64,000 nt of DNA. Origin: Sedimentisphaerales bacterium (lineage in GTDB: Bacteria > Planctomycetota > Phycisphaerae > Sedimentisphaerales > SM23-30). Location: the NCBI GenBank assembly GCA_963666285.1, contig OY762711.1; one strand, written 5' to 3'. The position numbers and the translations under genes are program-made. Below the pieces are notes generated by a model. The model searched no databases. It was not told where the DNA came from and worked only from the letters and a program-made list of their open reading frames with translations. Position 1 is the stretch's first letter. Each line of letters opens with the position of its first letter. This document shows positions 16,985 through 28,218 of this stretch, piece after piece.

Positions 16985-18163
16985 ATGAATTTTGATTCAA
17001 TAAAAGAGATTTTTGACAAAAATGTAATTGCAAATTACGGCCGGTTGCCTTTTGTTATTAACAAAGGTAAAGGTTGTAAAATATGGGACAGTGAAGGCAA
17101 TGAATACTTGGATATGTTTCCCGGTTGGGCGGTAAGCGGGATAGGACATTGTCACGACAGGGTGGTTAATGCCATAACCGAGCAGGCCAAAGAGCTGATC
17201 CATATAGATAACACTTTCTATAACGAAAAACAGGGATTGCTGGCCCAGATGCTCAGTGAGCGTTCTTTTGGCGGAAAATGCTTTTTCTGTAATAGCGGTG
17301 CCGAGGCTGTTGAAGCTGCTTTGAAACTTAGCAGGCTGCATACTGAAAGCAATAAATATAAAATAATCAGTTTTGAAGGCGGTTTTCATGGCAGAACGAT
17401 GGGAGCTATAACAGCTACAGCCCAGCCGAAATACCATAGAGGCTTTCTGCCGCTGGTGCCGGGTTTTATTTACCTGCCGTTTAATGATGTTGAAGCGTTA
17501 AAGGCTGCTTTTGATGATGAAGTTGCTGCTGTTATTGTTGAGCCTATCCAGGGTGAGGGTGGTGTTAGGCCAGCTTCTGAAGAGTTTCTTTCTACTATTC
17601 GCGAACTGTGTGATGCTAACGGAGCTCTTGCGATCTGGGATGAAGTTCAAACCGGCATGGGTCGTACCGGCAAATGGTTCGGTTATCAGCATTATGATAT
17701 TGTTCCTGATATTATGACATTGTCAAAATCGCTTGGCGGTGGTGTAAGTATTGGTGCTATTGTTGCCCGGTCAGAAGTTGCCGATTCACTGGTGCCTGGT
17801 ACGCATGCTTCTACTTTTGGCGGAAACCCGCTGGTTTGTGCCGCGGCAATTGCCACTATCGAAGCTATCGAGCAGGAAGGATTGCTGGAAAATGCCAATA
17901 AGATGGGCCGGTATACCAGGGAAAAACTTGATGAATTGAAGGTCAAACATTCCTGTATCAAGGATGTCCGCGGTATGGGGCTTATGCTTGGTATTATCCT
18001 CGATAAACCGGCAGCTGATATAGTGTCAGCATGCTGGGCAAAGGGTGTAAGAATAAATTGTACACAGGAGAAAGTTATACGTTTCATGCCTCCAATGATA
18101 GTTACAGAAGCAGAAATTGATAAGGCTATTACGATACTTGATGAGGTAATGAGCGAGAATTAA
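16985..18163 (+). CDS. argD: Acetylornithine aminotransferase
   Basis: FHGRT, EPIQGEGG, DEVQTGMGRTG and HASTFGGNP motifs; between argB and argF. Confidence 0.95.
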   Translation: MNFDSIKEIFDKNVIANYGRLPFVINKGKGCKIWDSEGNEYLDMFPGWAVSGIGHCHDRVVNAITEQAKELIHIDNTFYNEKQGLLAQMLSERSFGGKCFFCNSGAEAVEAALKLSRLHTESNKYKIISFEGGFHGRTMGAITATAQPKYHRGFLPLVPGFIYLPFNDVEALKAAFDDEVAAVIVEPIQGEGGVRPASEEFLSTIRELCDANGALAIWDEVQTGMGRTGKWFGYQHYDIVPDIMTLSKSLGGGVSIGAIVARSEVADSLVPGTHASTFGGNPLVCAAAIATIEAIEQEGLLENANKMGRYTREKLDELKVKHSCIKDVRGMGLMLGIILDKPAADIVSACWAKGVRINCTQEKVIRFMPPMIVTEAEIDKAITILDEVMSEN

Positions 18164-18243
18164 ATAAATGATTATCCCGGTTTAACGGGATACCTTAACT
18201 ACTAGTTATTAACTATTAGTTATAAATATTAAAAGGTTTTATT

Positions 18244-19176
18244 ATGGCTAAGCATTTTTTAGCAGTTACAGATTTTACAAATAGCGAGTTGCTGGATGTT
18301 ATTGAAAACGCCGGAATGATGAAAGAGAAATATCTTTCTGGTGGTAGAGACCTTTGTCTTGAAGGCAAGGTTATGGCACTGATTTTCGAAAAGCCGTCCA
18401 GCAGGACGCGTGTTAGTTTTGAAACAGCCATGTACCAGCTTGGCGGAAACGTTATTTACCTTAAACCTGAAGATATTGGCGGGCTGGGTAAGCGTGAACC
18501 TGTAAAAGATCTGGTTCGAGTTCTCAATGGTATGGTTGATCTTGTTGTCGTCCGGACTTTTGCTCATAAGCATCTCGAAGAAATGACCCAGTATTCAACT
18601 CTGCCGATTATCAATGCTCTTAGTGATTACCTGCATCCATGCCAGGCGGTTGCTGATGTAATGACAATCAGGGAAAATTATGGGAAGCTCGAAGGTCTGA
18701 AGGTTGTGTATATTGGTGATGGTAATAATGTATCTACTTCTCTTGGTATGGTATGTGCCAAACTTGGCATGAATTATATTATGAGCGGTCCGGAAGGATA
18801 TATTGATAATAAGACTCAGCTTGATATTCTGAAACCTGTAGTGGCGGAAAACAATGCCTCATTTGAAATTGTTTATGACGTCAGCGAAGCTGTTAAGGAT
18901 GCTGATGTTATTTATACTGATACCTGGGTTAGTATGGGCCGCGAAGACGAAAAAGAGCGAAGGATAAAAGATTTTGCCGGGTTCCAGGTTGATGGTAAAC
19001 TGGTTGCCCAGGCGAAACCTGGATGCCGTATCATGCATTGCCTGCCGGCATATCGTGGTTTTGAAATAACTGATGAAGTGCTTGAGTCTGACAATAGTGT
19101 TATTTTCCAGCAGGCGGAAAATCGCCTGCATGCTCAACGCCAGATAGTAAAATACCTGATGACGGGAAGCTGCTAG
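18244..19176 (+). CDS. argF: Ornithine carbamoyltransferase
   Basis: FEKPSSRTR, HPCQ, WVSMG, HCLP and QAENRLH motifs. Confidence 0.96.
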   Translation: MAKHFLAVTDFTNSELLDVIENAGMMKEKYLSGGRDLCLEGKVMALIFEKPSSRTRVSFETAMYQLGGNVIYLKPEDIGGLGKREPVKDLVRVLNGMVDLVVVRTFAHKHLEEMTQYSTLPIINALSDYLHPCQAVADVMTIRENYGKLEGLKVVYIGDGNNVSTSLGMVCAKLGMNYIMSGPEGYIDNKTQLDILKPVVAENNASFEIVYDVSEAVKDADVIYTDTWVSMGREDEKERRIKDFAGFQVDGKLVAQAKPGCRIMHCLPAYRGFEITDEVLESDNSVIFQQAENRLHAQRQIVKYLMTGSC

Positions 19177-19210
19177 TCTCTGGCTTCCATGAAATAGAAA
19201 CGGAGCTAAA

Positions 19211-20479
19211 ATGAAAGTTTTATTAGTTGGTAGTGGTGGCCGTGAACATGCAATTGCGTGGAAATTGTCCAAGTCGAAGTTGTGTAAGCACCTTTATATT
19301 GCACCAGGCAATCCCGGCACAGCTCAGTGCGGTACAAATGTCGATATTAAGGATAATGATATCGAGGGACTGGTCAAATATGCCGTTGATAAAAAAATAG
19401 ACTTTGTTATTGTTGGTCCGGAAGACCCGCTGGCTCTGGGGTTAGTTGATGAACTGGAAGAAAAAGGCATCAAATGCTTTGGCCCATCTAAATCAGCAGC
19501 AGCCCTGGAAGGTGACAAAGTCTTTTCTAAAAAAATGATGCAGACCTGTTCGATCCCAACCGCTGATTGCCAGATATTTGATAACTTTACTGACGCTAAG
19601 GCATATATTGCTTCTCGTGATAATGCTGTGGTAGTCAAGGCTGCCGGGCTGGCTAAAGGCAAGGGGGTATTTGTTTGTGATGAGCCGAGCGATGCTATTT
19701 TGGCTGCCGAAAAGATCATGGTTGACAAGATATTTGGTGATGCCGGAAAAGAAATAGTCGTAGAAGAAAAACTGGTTGGTCAGGAAACTTCGATTTTAGC
19801 TTTCGTTGACAGCCATACTATATACGTAATGGAAACTTCACAGGATCATAAGCCGATTGGTGAAGGCGATACCGGGTTGAATACAGGTGGCATGGGGGCA
19901 TACAGTCCGGCACCGATTGTAAGCGATAAACTCCTGACACAAATAGAAAGAGAAGTTCTTGTTCCCATAGTGGATGGTATGAACCGTAATGGTTCTCCTT
20001 ATAAGGGAGTGCTTTATGCCGGTATGATGCTTACAGCAGGCGGACCGAAGGTGTTGGAGTTTAATGTTCGCTTTGGCGACCCGGAAACTCAGCCGGTTCT
20101 CATGAGAATGAAAAACGACCTCCTTGAAGTTATGATGGCTGTTGCTGATGAAAAACTTGACAAAATCACTATCGAATGGGATAGTAAACCTACAGTTTGT
20201 GTGGTTATGTCTTCCGGCGGATATCCCGGCGATTATGAAAAGGGTAAGGAAATAACCGGAATAGAAGATGCTGATGCTATTGATGGCGTTAAGGTTTTCC
20301 ATGCCGGAACTAAAATGGATGGTGATAAGCTCGTAACCAATGGCGGTAGGGTACTGGGTGTGACTGCTGTTGGAAATGATATTGCCGACGCCAAGAGAAA
20401 GGCATATGAGGCTGTTGATAAGATCAAATTTGACGGGGCCTATTGCCGCAGAGATATTGCTGACAAGGCACTTAAATAA
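19211..20479 (+). CDS. purD: Phosphoribosylamine-glycine ligase
   Basis: GSGGREHA, NTGGMGAY, EFNVRFGDPE and TNGGRVL motifs. Confidence 0.98.
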   Translation: MKVLLVGSGGREHAIAWKLSKSKLCKHLYIAPGNPGTAQCGTNVDIKDNDIEGLVKYAVDKKIDFVIVGPEDPLALGLVDELEEKGIKCFGPSKSAAALEGDKVFSKKMMQTCSIPTADCQIFDNFTDAKAYIASRDNAVVVKAAGLAKGKGVFVCDEPSDAILAAEKIMVDKIFGDAGKEIVVEEKLVGQETSILAFVDSHTIYVMETSQDHKPIGEGDTGLNTGGMGAYSPAPIVSDKLLTQIEREVLVPIVDGMNRNGSPYKGVLYAGMMLTAGGPKVLEFNVRFGDPETQPVLMRMKNDLLEVMMAVADEKLDKITIEWDSKPTVCVVMSSGGYPGDYEKGKEITGIEDADAIDGVKVFHAGTKMDGDKLVTNGGRVLGVTAVGNDIADAKRKAYEAVDKIKFDGAYCRRDIADKALK

Positions 20480-20566
20480 GTAAAAAGTAAACTTTGGAAA
20501 TTAAAGATTTATGTGTCCCGGTTTTTATCGGGACTTTTTTTTATATTTTCCTGTATTATATTTGTT

Positions 20567-21745
20567 ATGAAAGTTGCAATAGTAATAGAAAAATATAATC
20601 CGCTTCGTGGCGGTGCCGAGCGCAGTACCATGGAAATGGCTGAAGCTTTGACCTGCCAGGGGTGTGATGTCAGTATTATTGCCGGAAAAGTTGAAAATGC
20701 CGAAGAGACTACCGGGAAAGTCAGGCTTATCGATTTGGATGTAATAGCGCCTCGAAATGTATGGTTCAGACTTTTTGATCAGGCAGTAGCAAAGTACGTG
20801 TCAGCTGAAAAGTTTGATATTGTCCATTCGATTACCCCGGTAACGGCCTTGGATCTTTATCAGCCTCGCGGCGGCAGTCAGCTGAATGCTATTCAGCAGC
20901 GGATTGCTTTATCCAGGGGGGTGGCAAAGTTATATAAACGGTTGACTGCCGGATTCAACCGGGCACGTGCAATGCGGTTAAGGGCAGAACTGAAACTAGC
21001 CACCGGTTCATCCGGTCCGTTCATTGCAGTATTGAGTAATTATGTGTCTCGCCAGTTTACCGTTGGTTACGAAACTCCGGCTGAGAGAGTAGCTCTGATA
21101 AGAAATGCTGTTGATGTAAAGAAATTTGAATTCCCCAATGTTGATGAAAAAGCTAATGAGCTTCGCAGTAAGTTTGATCCTGATAGCAGCAAGGCGATAT
21201 TTCTGTTTGTTTCGGCAGATCCTGTACGTAAAGGTCTGTCAGAACTGATTGCAGCTGTTGCGGAAGCAGCAAAAGATAGAAAATCATCTCAAAGAGAGAT
21301 TTTACTGCTTGTTGTTGGCGGATTTAAGTTTGACTCTTATCAAAAGCAGGCCGAAAAACTTGGTATAGAAAAAAATGTTGTTTACAATGGTAAAACAAGG
21401 GAAGTTCAAGCATTTATGAAAATGGCTGACGCTCTGGTATTGCCAACCTGGGATGACGCCTGCAGTCGGGTAGTGATGGAAGCTCTTGTTGCTGGAATTC
21501 CTGCTATATCAACAGAGTTTAATGGGGCTTCTGAGTTATTTGATGATGGCAGGTACGGATTAATGGTCAAAAGTCCAGCTGATACTGCCGGATTTGCCAA
21601 AGCTATGAATACTCTTGCAGATCCTGCGGAGTGTGATAAAATGAAAGCCAATATTGCGGCTTCTGATTTGAAAGTGCGTCTTTCAATGGATCGCCATGCA
21701 TTAGAACTTAGGCAGCTTTATGAAAAGATAATTCAGGGCAGATAA
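20567..21745 (+). CDS. Glycosyltransferase family 4 (RfaG-like)
   Basis: GGAER, RKGL and D(A)CSRVVMEAL GT-B motifs; start taken at MKVAI. Confidence 0.85.
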   Translation: MKVAIVIEKYNPLRGGAERSTMEMAEALTCQGCDVSIIAGKVENAEETTGKVRLIDLDVIAPRNVWFRLFDQAVAKYVSAEKFDIVHSITPVTALDLYQPRGGSQLNAIQQRIALSRGVAKLYKRLTAGFNRARAMRLRAELKLATGSSGPFIAVLSNYVSRQFTVGYETPAERVALIRNAVDVKKFEFPNVDEKANELRSKFDPDSSKAIFLFVSADPVRKGLSELIAAVAEAAKDRKSSQREILLLVVGGFKFDSYQKQAEKLGIEKNVVYNGKTREVQAFMKMADALVLPTWDDACSRVVMEALVAGIPAISTEFNGASELFDDGRYGLMVKSPADTAGFAKAMNTLADPAECDKMKANIAASDLKVRLSMDRHALELRQLYEKIIQGR

Positions 21746-21764
21746 TAGCCCTGGGAGAGATAAT

Positions 21765-22757
21765 TTGGAACTCTTATTTACGAATATTGCGATTGTGCTG
21801 GTAAGTTGCATTGCGCTTGGCCAGGGTGCGGGCTGGCTGGTGGATTCTGCCGGGCGGCTGGCACGCAAATACGGCATATCCGATCTTGTTATTGGTTTGA
21901 CCGTAGTTGCTTTTGGCTCTTCTGCACCTGAGTTTGCCGCAACTGTTTTTAGTGCGATTGCCGAAAAAGATGATGTCTCGGTTGCTAATATTATCGGTTC
22001 CAATATTTTTAATATCGGATTCATACTCGGTAGTTGTGCGATTATTACGACTTTGTATATTACCCCGCTTCTGGTCAAAAGAGATGGTGCGATTCTTGCC
22101 GCTATTACGGGTTTGCTTTGCTTTATGATGCGTGATCTGCAATTATCTCGGGGCGAAGGCGTTATTCTGTTTTTACTTCTGATAGTATATCTGGCTTATC
22201 TTATCATTAAAAAAGATACCAGTATGGTCGAGGAGGATGAGATTTGTCATGAACCGGCTAAGCCAACTGACTGGCTGTTGTTGCTGTTTTCACTTGGAGT
22301 AATTGCTGCCGGTGGTCAAGCACTGGTTTTCGGAGCTGTTGGTATAGCCCAGTATTACGGCCTTAATGAATGGATAATTGGTATGACCATAGTTGCAGCC
22401 GGTACCTCTATGCCGGAGTTTGTTATTTCACTTGTTGCAGTTCTGAAGAAAAACCATGGCATATCTGCCGGTAATCTTATCGGAAGTAATATATTTAATA
22501 CCCTTGGTGTTCTCGGACTTGCAGTCTGGATAAATCCATTAACCGTTGACAGCGCCGGCCTTACTTCAACAATCCTTCTTATTCCGCTGACTCTTATTGT
22601 TATCCTGTTTATGTGGACCGGCAGAAAGATCACCAGACTTGAGGGTATTATCATACTTATATTATCATTGGCTATCTTTGGCTATAATTTTCACCTTGGC
22701 AAACAGCAGGCTGATAAAAAAGCTGAAACTGAAACCAGCTTGATTATAAATGAATAA
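21765..22757 (+). CDS. Calcium/sodium antiporter (CaCA, YrbG-like)
   Basis: Two alpha repeats G(S/T)SxPE and GSNIFN. Confidence 0.92.
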   Translation: MELLFTNIAIVLVSCIALGQGAGWLVDSAGRLARKYGISDLVIGLTVVAFGSSAPEFAATVFSAIAEKDDVSVANIIGSNIFNIGFILGSCAIITTLYITPLLVKRDGAILAAITGLLCFMMRDLQLSRGEGVILFLLLIVYLAYLIIKKDTSMVEEDEICHEPAKPTDWLLLLFSLGVIAAGGQALVFGAVGIAQYYGLNEWIIGMTIVAAGTSMPEFVISLVAVLKKNHGISAGNLIGSNIFNTLGVLGLAVWINPLTVDSAGLTSTILLIPLTLIVILFMWTGRKITRLEGIIILILSLAIFGYNFHLGKQQADKKAETETSLIINE

Positions 22758-23162
22758 TCAGGTAAGACTTCTGCATATTAATTAGTATGGCCGTATTTGT
22801 TTCCCGGTAATTATATTCCTTCCTTTATATTGATATTTAAATCCTTTCTTGTAGTACTGAAAACTATTTTTACCGGGTAGGTCCAATAATAAACAAAATC
22901 AAAATTCTATTTAGATAAAAGTGGAATAAAATTTCACTAATGATACATTTGATTATCAGGTCAATGATTTTTTTGCTACGTATAACTATCTGTAAGTAAA
23001 CAGGTTGCGTTTGTAAGTGTCTTTGGTTATTTTTAGAATTCCCTCGTCTTTTCTCCGGTTACTTATTTTGCGTAAATTATATTAAGGTTTGCTGCTAATT
23101 ATCCCTCTGTTTTGCTCCGATAGCATGCATATCATTGTTAATCAAAACTATGAGGTCTGTAG

Positions 23163-23438
23163 ATGAGAAAATTGGATAACAAACTAAAAATCTTTTTAAT
23201 TGTTGGCATTGTAAGTCTTTGCGTCCTTGTTACGCTTGTCTCAAAATACGATGATGTTTTTGGTCATAATCGATTACCAGATAATAATGAACGTAACAAC
23301 ATGATAGAAAATGCCTATCTTGACATGTCTATTGAACAGTTGCTGGAAGTTGTTGTAGACGAAACTACTTCTGCAGCAATGTCACGAGAGTCTTTATGTA
23401 AGCTTATGAACGACTCGTGTGTCGATATAATAATATAG
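23163..23438 (+). CDS. Small exported protein resembling the N-terminal stub of a TonB-dependent receptor
   Basis: Hydrophobic N-terminus followed by YLDMSIEQLLEVVV; directly upstream of YfiR. Confidence 0.45.
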   Translation: MRKLDNKLKIFLIVGIVSLCVLVTLVSKYDDVFGHNRLPDNNERNNMIENAYLDMSIEQLLEVVVDETTSAAMSRESLCKLMNDSCVDIII

Positions 23439-23486
23439 AGCTGTTATGGTTCCATAGGAGACAGCAGTATCGCCTGTTTTTCAATA

Positions 23487-24080
23487 ATGAGTAAAACAGC
23501 AAATAATATAATAATCTGGATTCTTTCCATACTGATTGTCATACCGGCAAATGCTCAGCAGGAATTAGCTGAAAGTGCCCGTGATAAGGAATATAAAGTT
23601 AAAGCTGCATTTGTCTATAATTTTATGAAGTTTGTCGAATGGGAAGGTCTTAAAGATGATAAGGGCTTCCAGGAAAGAAAAGATGTAATTCTGGCAGTTG
23701 TCGGCTCAAATCCATTTGGTAATAAACTTGATTCTCTTAAATCAAAGAAGATTAAAGATAAAGCTATTACTATAAAATACTATAGTTATTCAGACCTGGA
23801 CGATAATGAAAAGCAAAAAGAAATTATGGAGTGTCATACTGTCTTTGCATGTACCGCTGCTACTGCTGATTATGCACTCCTTCAAAAACTGCTGGATAAA
23901 AAATGTATTTTGTCTATCGGTGATGATAGAAAATTTATCTCTGCCGGAGGTATAATTGGTTTTGATATTGATAATGGGAAAGTATGTTTCGATGTCAATA
24001 ACAATTCTGCCAAAGAATCTGATATAAAGATCAATACAAAAATATTGAAATTAGCAAGGAAGGTTATTAAGGATAAATGA
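23487..24080 (+). CDS. YfiR family (DUF4154) periplasmic protein
   Basis: [24 protein letters not shown] and KILKLAR motifs. Confidence 0.9.
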   Translation: MSKTANNIIIWILSILIVIPANAQQELAESARDKEYKVKAAFVYNFMKFVEWEGLKDDKGFQERKDVILAVVGSNPFGNKLDSLKSKKIKDKAITIKYYSYSDLDDNEKQKEIMECHTVFACTAATADYALLQKLLDKKCILSIGDDRKFISAGGIIGFDIDNGKVCFDVNNNSAKESDIKINTKILKLARKVIKDK

Positions 24081-26038
24081 TAGAGAAGGGTGCAAAGAGA
24101 ACTAATAACTCGGGAAAGATTAAAAAGAAACTGATAAAAATTATTGTTACTGTTTCTTTGGTTTCTTTACTTACCTTTAGTGTCTGTTTTATGGCCTGGT
24201 TCTCTTATATTCTTAAGGATAACATAAGGAAAGCCATTCAGATTCAAGCTGCTGTAACGGCTGAAAATTGCAGTGCAGCTTTGGCTTTTGAAGATAAAAA
24301 TGAAGCTGGAAATGTTCTTTCTTCTCTTAAGTATGATAGTAATATTGTTCGTTGCGAATTATACAATAAAAATAATGAACTTTTTGTAGAATTCCCCAGG
24401 GGTTCTGAGCCCATCACCGAAAAAAGCAGCTATTGCTATGTGACTAATGACATTAGCTGGGAAGGGGAACATCTTGGAAGAGTCGAACTGTATGCTTCAT
24501 ACGAGCAATTCTATCGAGCTCTTTTTTATGGTTCTATTGTCATTTCATTTATGATTATGCTTTGTTTTGGCCTGGCTTATCTTCTCGGTGAAAAGCTTCA
24601 GAGAATGATTTCTATACCAATTTTCAGACTGAAAGAAACTACCCATAAAATTACCGAGAGCAAAGATTTCTCAATGCGTATTGAAAAAGAAAGTGACGAC
24701 GAATTGGGCGATCTGGCTGATGCTTTTAATGAGATGCTCTCGCAGATACAGGTCAGGGATGATGAGCTCCAGGAATATAGTAAGGAGCTTGAAGAAAAGG
24801 TTGATGAACGTACCATGGATTTGGAAGGAGCCATGCATGAAGCCAGGCAGCTGGCTGAACAGGCCCAGGTTGCTAACAAGGCAAAGAGTGAATTCCTTGC
24901 TAATATGAGCCATGAACTGCGAACACCTATGAACGCAATTATCGGCTTTACTTCTGTATTGCTCAGCGAAGAACTGGATGAGCAGCACAGGCAGTATATG
25001 AAGACTATAGATAATAGTGCCAGAAATCTTCTGACCCTTATAAATGATATTCTTGACTTCTCGAAAATTGAAGCCGGTCGGCTGGATGTGGAAAATATAC
25101 CGTTCCATACTCCGCAGCTGTTAGAAGAAATCAGCTCTGAAATGCGGCCGCTGGCCTTTAATAAGAATATTGAGCTGAAAATAAATTCCGAGCAGCGCGT
25201 ACCTGAAATAATGACAGGTGACCCTCTTCGTATAAAACAATGTCTGATCAATCTCATTAGTAATGCGGTAAAATTTACCGAAGAAGGTGCGGTAACATTA
25301 ACTGCCTCTTTCCAAAATGAAAGTGGCAAGGAATACATAACTTTCAAAGTAAAGGATAGCGGGATAGGGATACCGGAAGACAAGTTGAAGCTGATCTTTA
25401 AATCGTTCTCTCAGGCTGACGGCAGTACCTCAAGAAAATATGGCGGTACCGGTCTTGGGCTCTCGATTACCAGCAACCTGGTCGAGCTTATGGGTGGTGA
25501 GATCTCCGTTGAAAGCATTTTGAATCAAGGGAGTACCTTTACCATCAGGATTCCGACTACTGCCATTGAAGATCAATCTGAAAGTATGGTTAGTGATGAC
25601 AGGAATGATGATGTTCAGACTCTGAAAAATAATACAGGTGTCCTTGCCGGTAAAAGGATACTGATTGTTGAAGATAATGTTGCAAACCAGGAACTTATTG
25701 AAACCTATCTAAGACCAACCGGTGCCGACTTTGTCATTGCCGATAATGGGTTAGAAGGTATTAAAATATGGCTGGATGACAGTAACTTTGATATTATTCT
25801 TATGGATATGCAAATGCCTGTTATGAACGGCTATGATGCTACTGAACAGCTAAGGTCGGCTAAGTGTGATGTGCCTATTCTTGCTTTGACTGCAAATGCC
25901 ATGCAGGGTGACAGTGATAAATGTATCCGAGCCGGGTGCGATTGCCATATTCCAAAGCCGCTGGACCAGGGATATTTAGTAAATGTAATCAAAAAGTATC
26001 TGAAAACAGGTCGGATAAAAAGTAGAGCTATTAAATAA
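24077..26038 (+). CDS. Hybrid sensor histidine kinase (periplasmic sensor-HAMP-HisKA-HATPase-REC)
   Basis: [34 protein letters not shown] and ILMDMQMP motifs. Confidence 0.95.
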   Translation: MIEKGAKRTNNSGKIKKKLIKIIVTVSLVSLLTFSVCFMAWFSYILKDNIRKAIQIQAAVTAENCSAALAFEDKNEAGNVLSSLKYDSNIVRCELYNKNNELFVEFPRGSEPITEKSSYCYVTNDISWEGEHLGRVELYASYEQFYRALFYGSIVISFMIMLCFGLAYLLGEKLQRMISIPIFRLKETTHKITESKDFSMRIEKESDDELGDLADAFNEMLSQIQVRDDELQEYSKELEEKVDERTMDLEGAMHEARQLAEQAQVANKAKSEFLANMSHELRTPMNAIIGFTSVLLSEELDEQHRQYMKTIDNSARNLLTLINDILDFSKIEAGRLDVENIPFHTPQLLEEISSEMRPLAFNKNIELKINSEQRVPEIMTGDPLRIKQCLINLISNAVKFTEEGAVTLTASFQNESGKEYITFKVKDSGIGIPEDKLKLIFKSFSQADGSTSRKYGGTGLGLSITSNLVELMGGEISVESILNQGSTFTIRIPTTAIEDQSESMVSDDRNDDVQTLKNNTGVLAGKRILIVEDNVANQELIETYLRPTGADFVIADNGLEGIKIWLDDSNFDIILMDMQMPVMNGYDATEQLRSAKCDVPILALTANAMQGDSDKCIRAGCDCHIPKPLDQGYLVNVIKKYLKTGRIKSRAIK

Positions 26039-26275
26039 AAATAGGGCGTTAAAATTAGTCTTATAAACAGTAGTTTCTGTTTTTGAGTTCTATTCTCAAT
26101 TAGCTGAATGATTTGTTATTTGGTTTTAGATTGAATATTAGGGTACGCGGCAGTTTTATTACAACTGTTATTATGAGACCTTGTTGGTAGTGATGGTTTG
26201 CATACAAAAGTAGAGTAGAAGTGTATAGTTTATGAAATTAAGTAAATAATGGTATAATAAATACCGAAAATAATA

Positions 26276-27871
26276 GTGATGGCGAAAACACAAACAAAAC
26301 GTAAAATACTGGCAGTCGATGATAATCCGGTGAATCTTCAATTACTTGAGGCTATCATCAAACGTATTCCGGATCTGGAAGTTATAACTGAAAATGATGA
26401 AAAACGTGCAGTTGTCAGGGTGCGGGAAGAGAAGCCCGATCTGATTTTGCTTGATGTTATGATGCCGCAAATTGACGGTTTTGAAATCTGCGGTCAGCTC
26501 AAGGCCAATCAGCAGACAGCCGGGATTCCTGTTATGTTTTTAACCGCAAATAACCAGACAGGAGCACAGCTTCAGGGATATGACAGCGGGGCGATCGACT
26601 ATATTACCAAACCTTTTGAGCCGGATGTGCTTGTCAGTAAGATTCGTGTTGTTTTGAATATGATCGGGCATGTCGAACTGCTGCTCAAAGAAGCTAATAC
26701 AGATAAGCTTACAGGGCTGTATAATCGCCGTTATCTGCAGGAAATTTTGGGGCCGCTGTTTAGAGAATCAAATATTAAAGATGATGAAATGTCATTGATG
26801 ATGATTGATGTTGATTTCTTTAAGAGCATAAATGATACTTTTGGCCATCTTACGGGTGACCTTGTTCTTAAGCGTATTGCTAAAGTTATTAAGGAGAAGT
26901 TGTATGCTTATGACACCCTGGTGCGGTATGGTGGCGAAGAATTTCTTATTCTTTTGACCAATACTGATATCAAGACAGCCCAGGATGTTGCCGAGAAACT
27001 TCGCCTGGCAATTGAGAGTCTAACCTGGGAATTTACAATTGAGCCGCTTTCTATTACTGCCAGCTTTGGTATTTCCAGCAGTAAGACAGTTGATTCTGAT
27101 GATCCGGAAGAACTGCTGCGAATGGCAGACAGGGCTTTATATGTCGCTAAAAATCGCGGACGAAATACGGTTGTCTGTAATAATCAGATTGGCCGCGAAG
27201 ACGAAGAGGCTCTTGAAGAACAGCAGACCGCTACTGAACTTCGCAATAAAGTTAACGAACTTGCCGGAAGGTTAAAAGAACAGCTCTTTGAAGTCTTAAA
27301 AGTTTTCGTCAAAACTCAGGAGCTTCGTTCTCCGTTTCTTGCAGAGCAATCAAGAAAAGTTGCCGGATATGTTCGTAAAGTTGGCGGCCATATGGGTATA
27401 TTTGAACGCCATCTCGATACGGTTTATAATGCGGCTATGCTTCATAACGTTGGTAAATTATCATTACCTGACAGTATTATCAAATGTGACAGCGATATTT
27501 CCGAGGAAGAAACCAAAAAGCTCAAACGCCATCCAAGAATGGCTGCTGATATTCTTGGTGTTACCGATTTGTTCCGTGAAGAGAAAGAAATCATTCTTTA
27601 TCATCAGGAATATTTTGATGGTACTGGTTATCCTCGCGGCGTTGCCGGTCGTGAAATCCCATTCGGTTCGCGTTTGCTTTTAGCTGCTGTAACCTGGGAC
27701 GCTATGCTTTCCGGCCGTGGATATAGAAATCCTCTTTCAAATGAAGAAGCCGTCATAGAATTTCGTCAATTATCCGGCAACCAGCTTGACCCGCAAATTG
27801 TCGAAGCTTTTGTTGAACTGGCCGAAAAAGATGAGCTGGTTGAAGATCACGAAATGGCTTTTCAAATGTAA
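26276..27871 (+). CDS. REC-GGDEF-HD-GYP multidomain protein
   Basis: REC (LLDVMMP), GGEEF, and GTGYP with a degenerate HD (LHNVGK). Confidence 0.9.
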   Translation: MMAKTQTKRKILAVDDNPVNLQLLEAIIKRIPDLEVITENDEKRAVVRVREEKPDLILLDVMMPQIDGFEICGQLKANQQTAGIPVMFLTANNQTGAQLQGYDSGAIDYITKPFEPDVLVSKIRVVLNMIGHVELLLKEANTDKLTGLYNRRYLQEILGPLFRESNIKDDEMSLMMIDVDFFKSINDTFGHLTGDLVLKRIAKVIKEKLYAYDTLVRYGGEEFLILLTNTDIKTAQDVAEKLRLAIESLTWEFTIEPLSITASFGISSSKTVDSDDPEELLRMADRALYVAKNRGRNTVVCNNQIGREDEEALEEQQTATELRNKVNELAGRLKEQLFEVLKVFVKTQELRSPFLAEQSRKVAGYVRKVGGHMGIFERHLDTVYNAAMLHNVGKLSLPDSIIKCDSDISEEETKKLKRHPRMAADILGVTDLFREEKEIILYHQEYFDGTGYPRGVAGREIPFGSRLLLAAVTWDAMLSGRGYRNPLSNEEAVIEFRQLSGNQLDPQIVEAFVELAEKDELVEDHEMAFQM

Positions 27872-28218
27872 GTGCTTGTTAATAATAGTCTAATCGTTCA
27901 GCTTCAGCTTAGCATATTTCTGCCTCGCTTTTCTTCTATAGCAGATAATATGTATCCAAACCTGTTAAAACGCCCGTCTGATCATGGCATAAGTAGTTGT
28001 ATTATAATTACTTACCTTTCTATCGATCAGACAAAATCATACACAATGTATATAAATCATTTGGATTAATCCGCGTTCTTGTTTATAATAAATCTGTTCG
28101 AACAGTTTTTATTCTAAGGCTTTATGTCGATTTTGCCTTGCTGTTATGCCGGTTTGCAGCTGGTATTGTTATTGTTTTTGATCAGGTATTGATCTGCTTG
28201 TTATTATACGAGGTGCAT

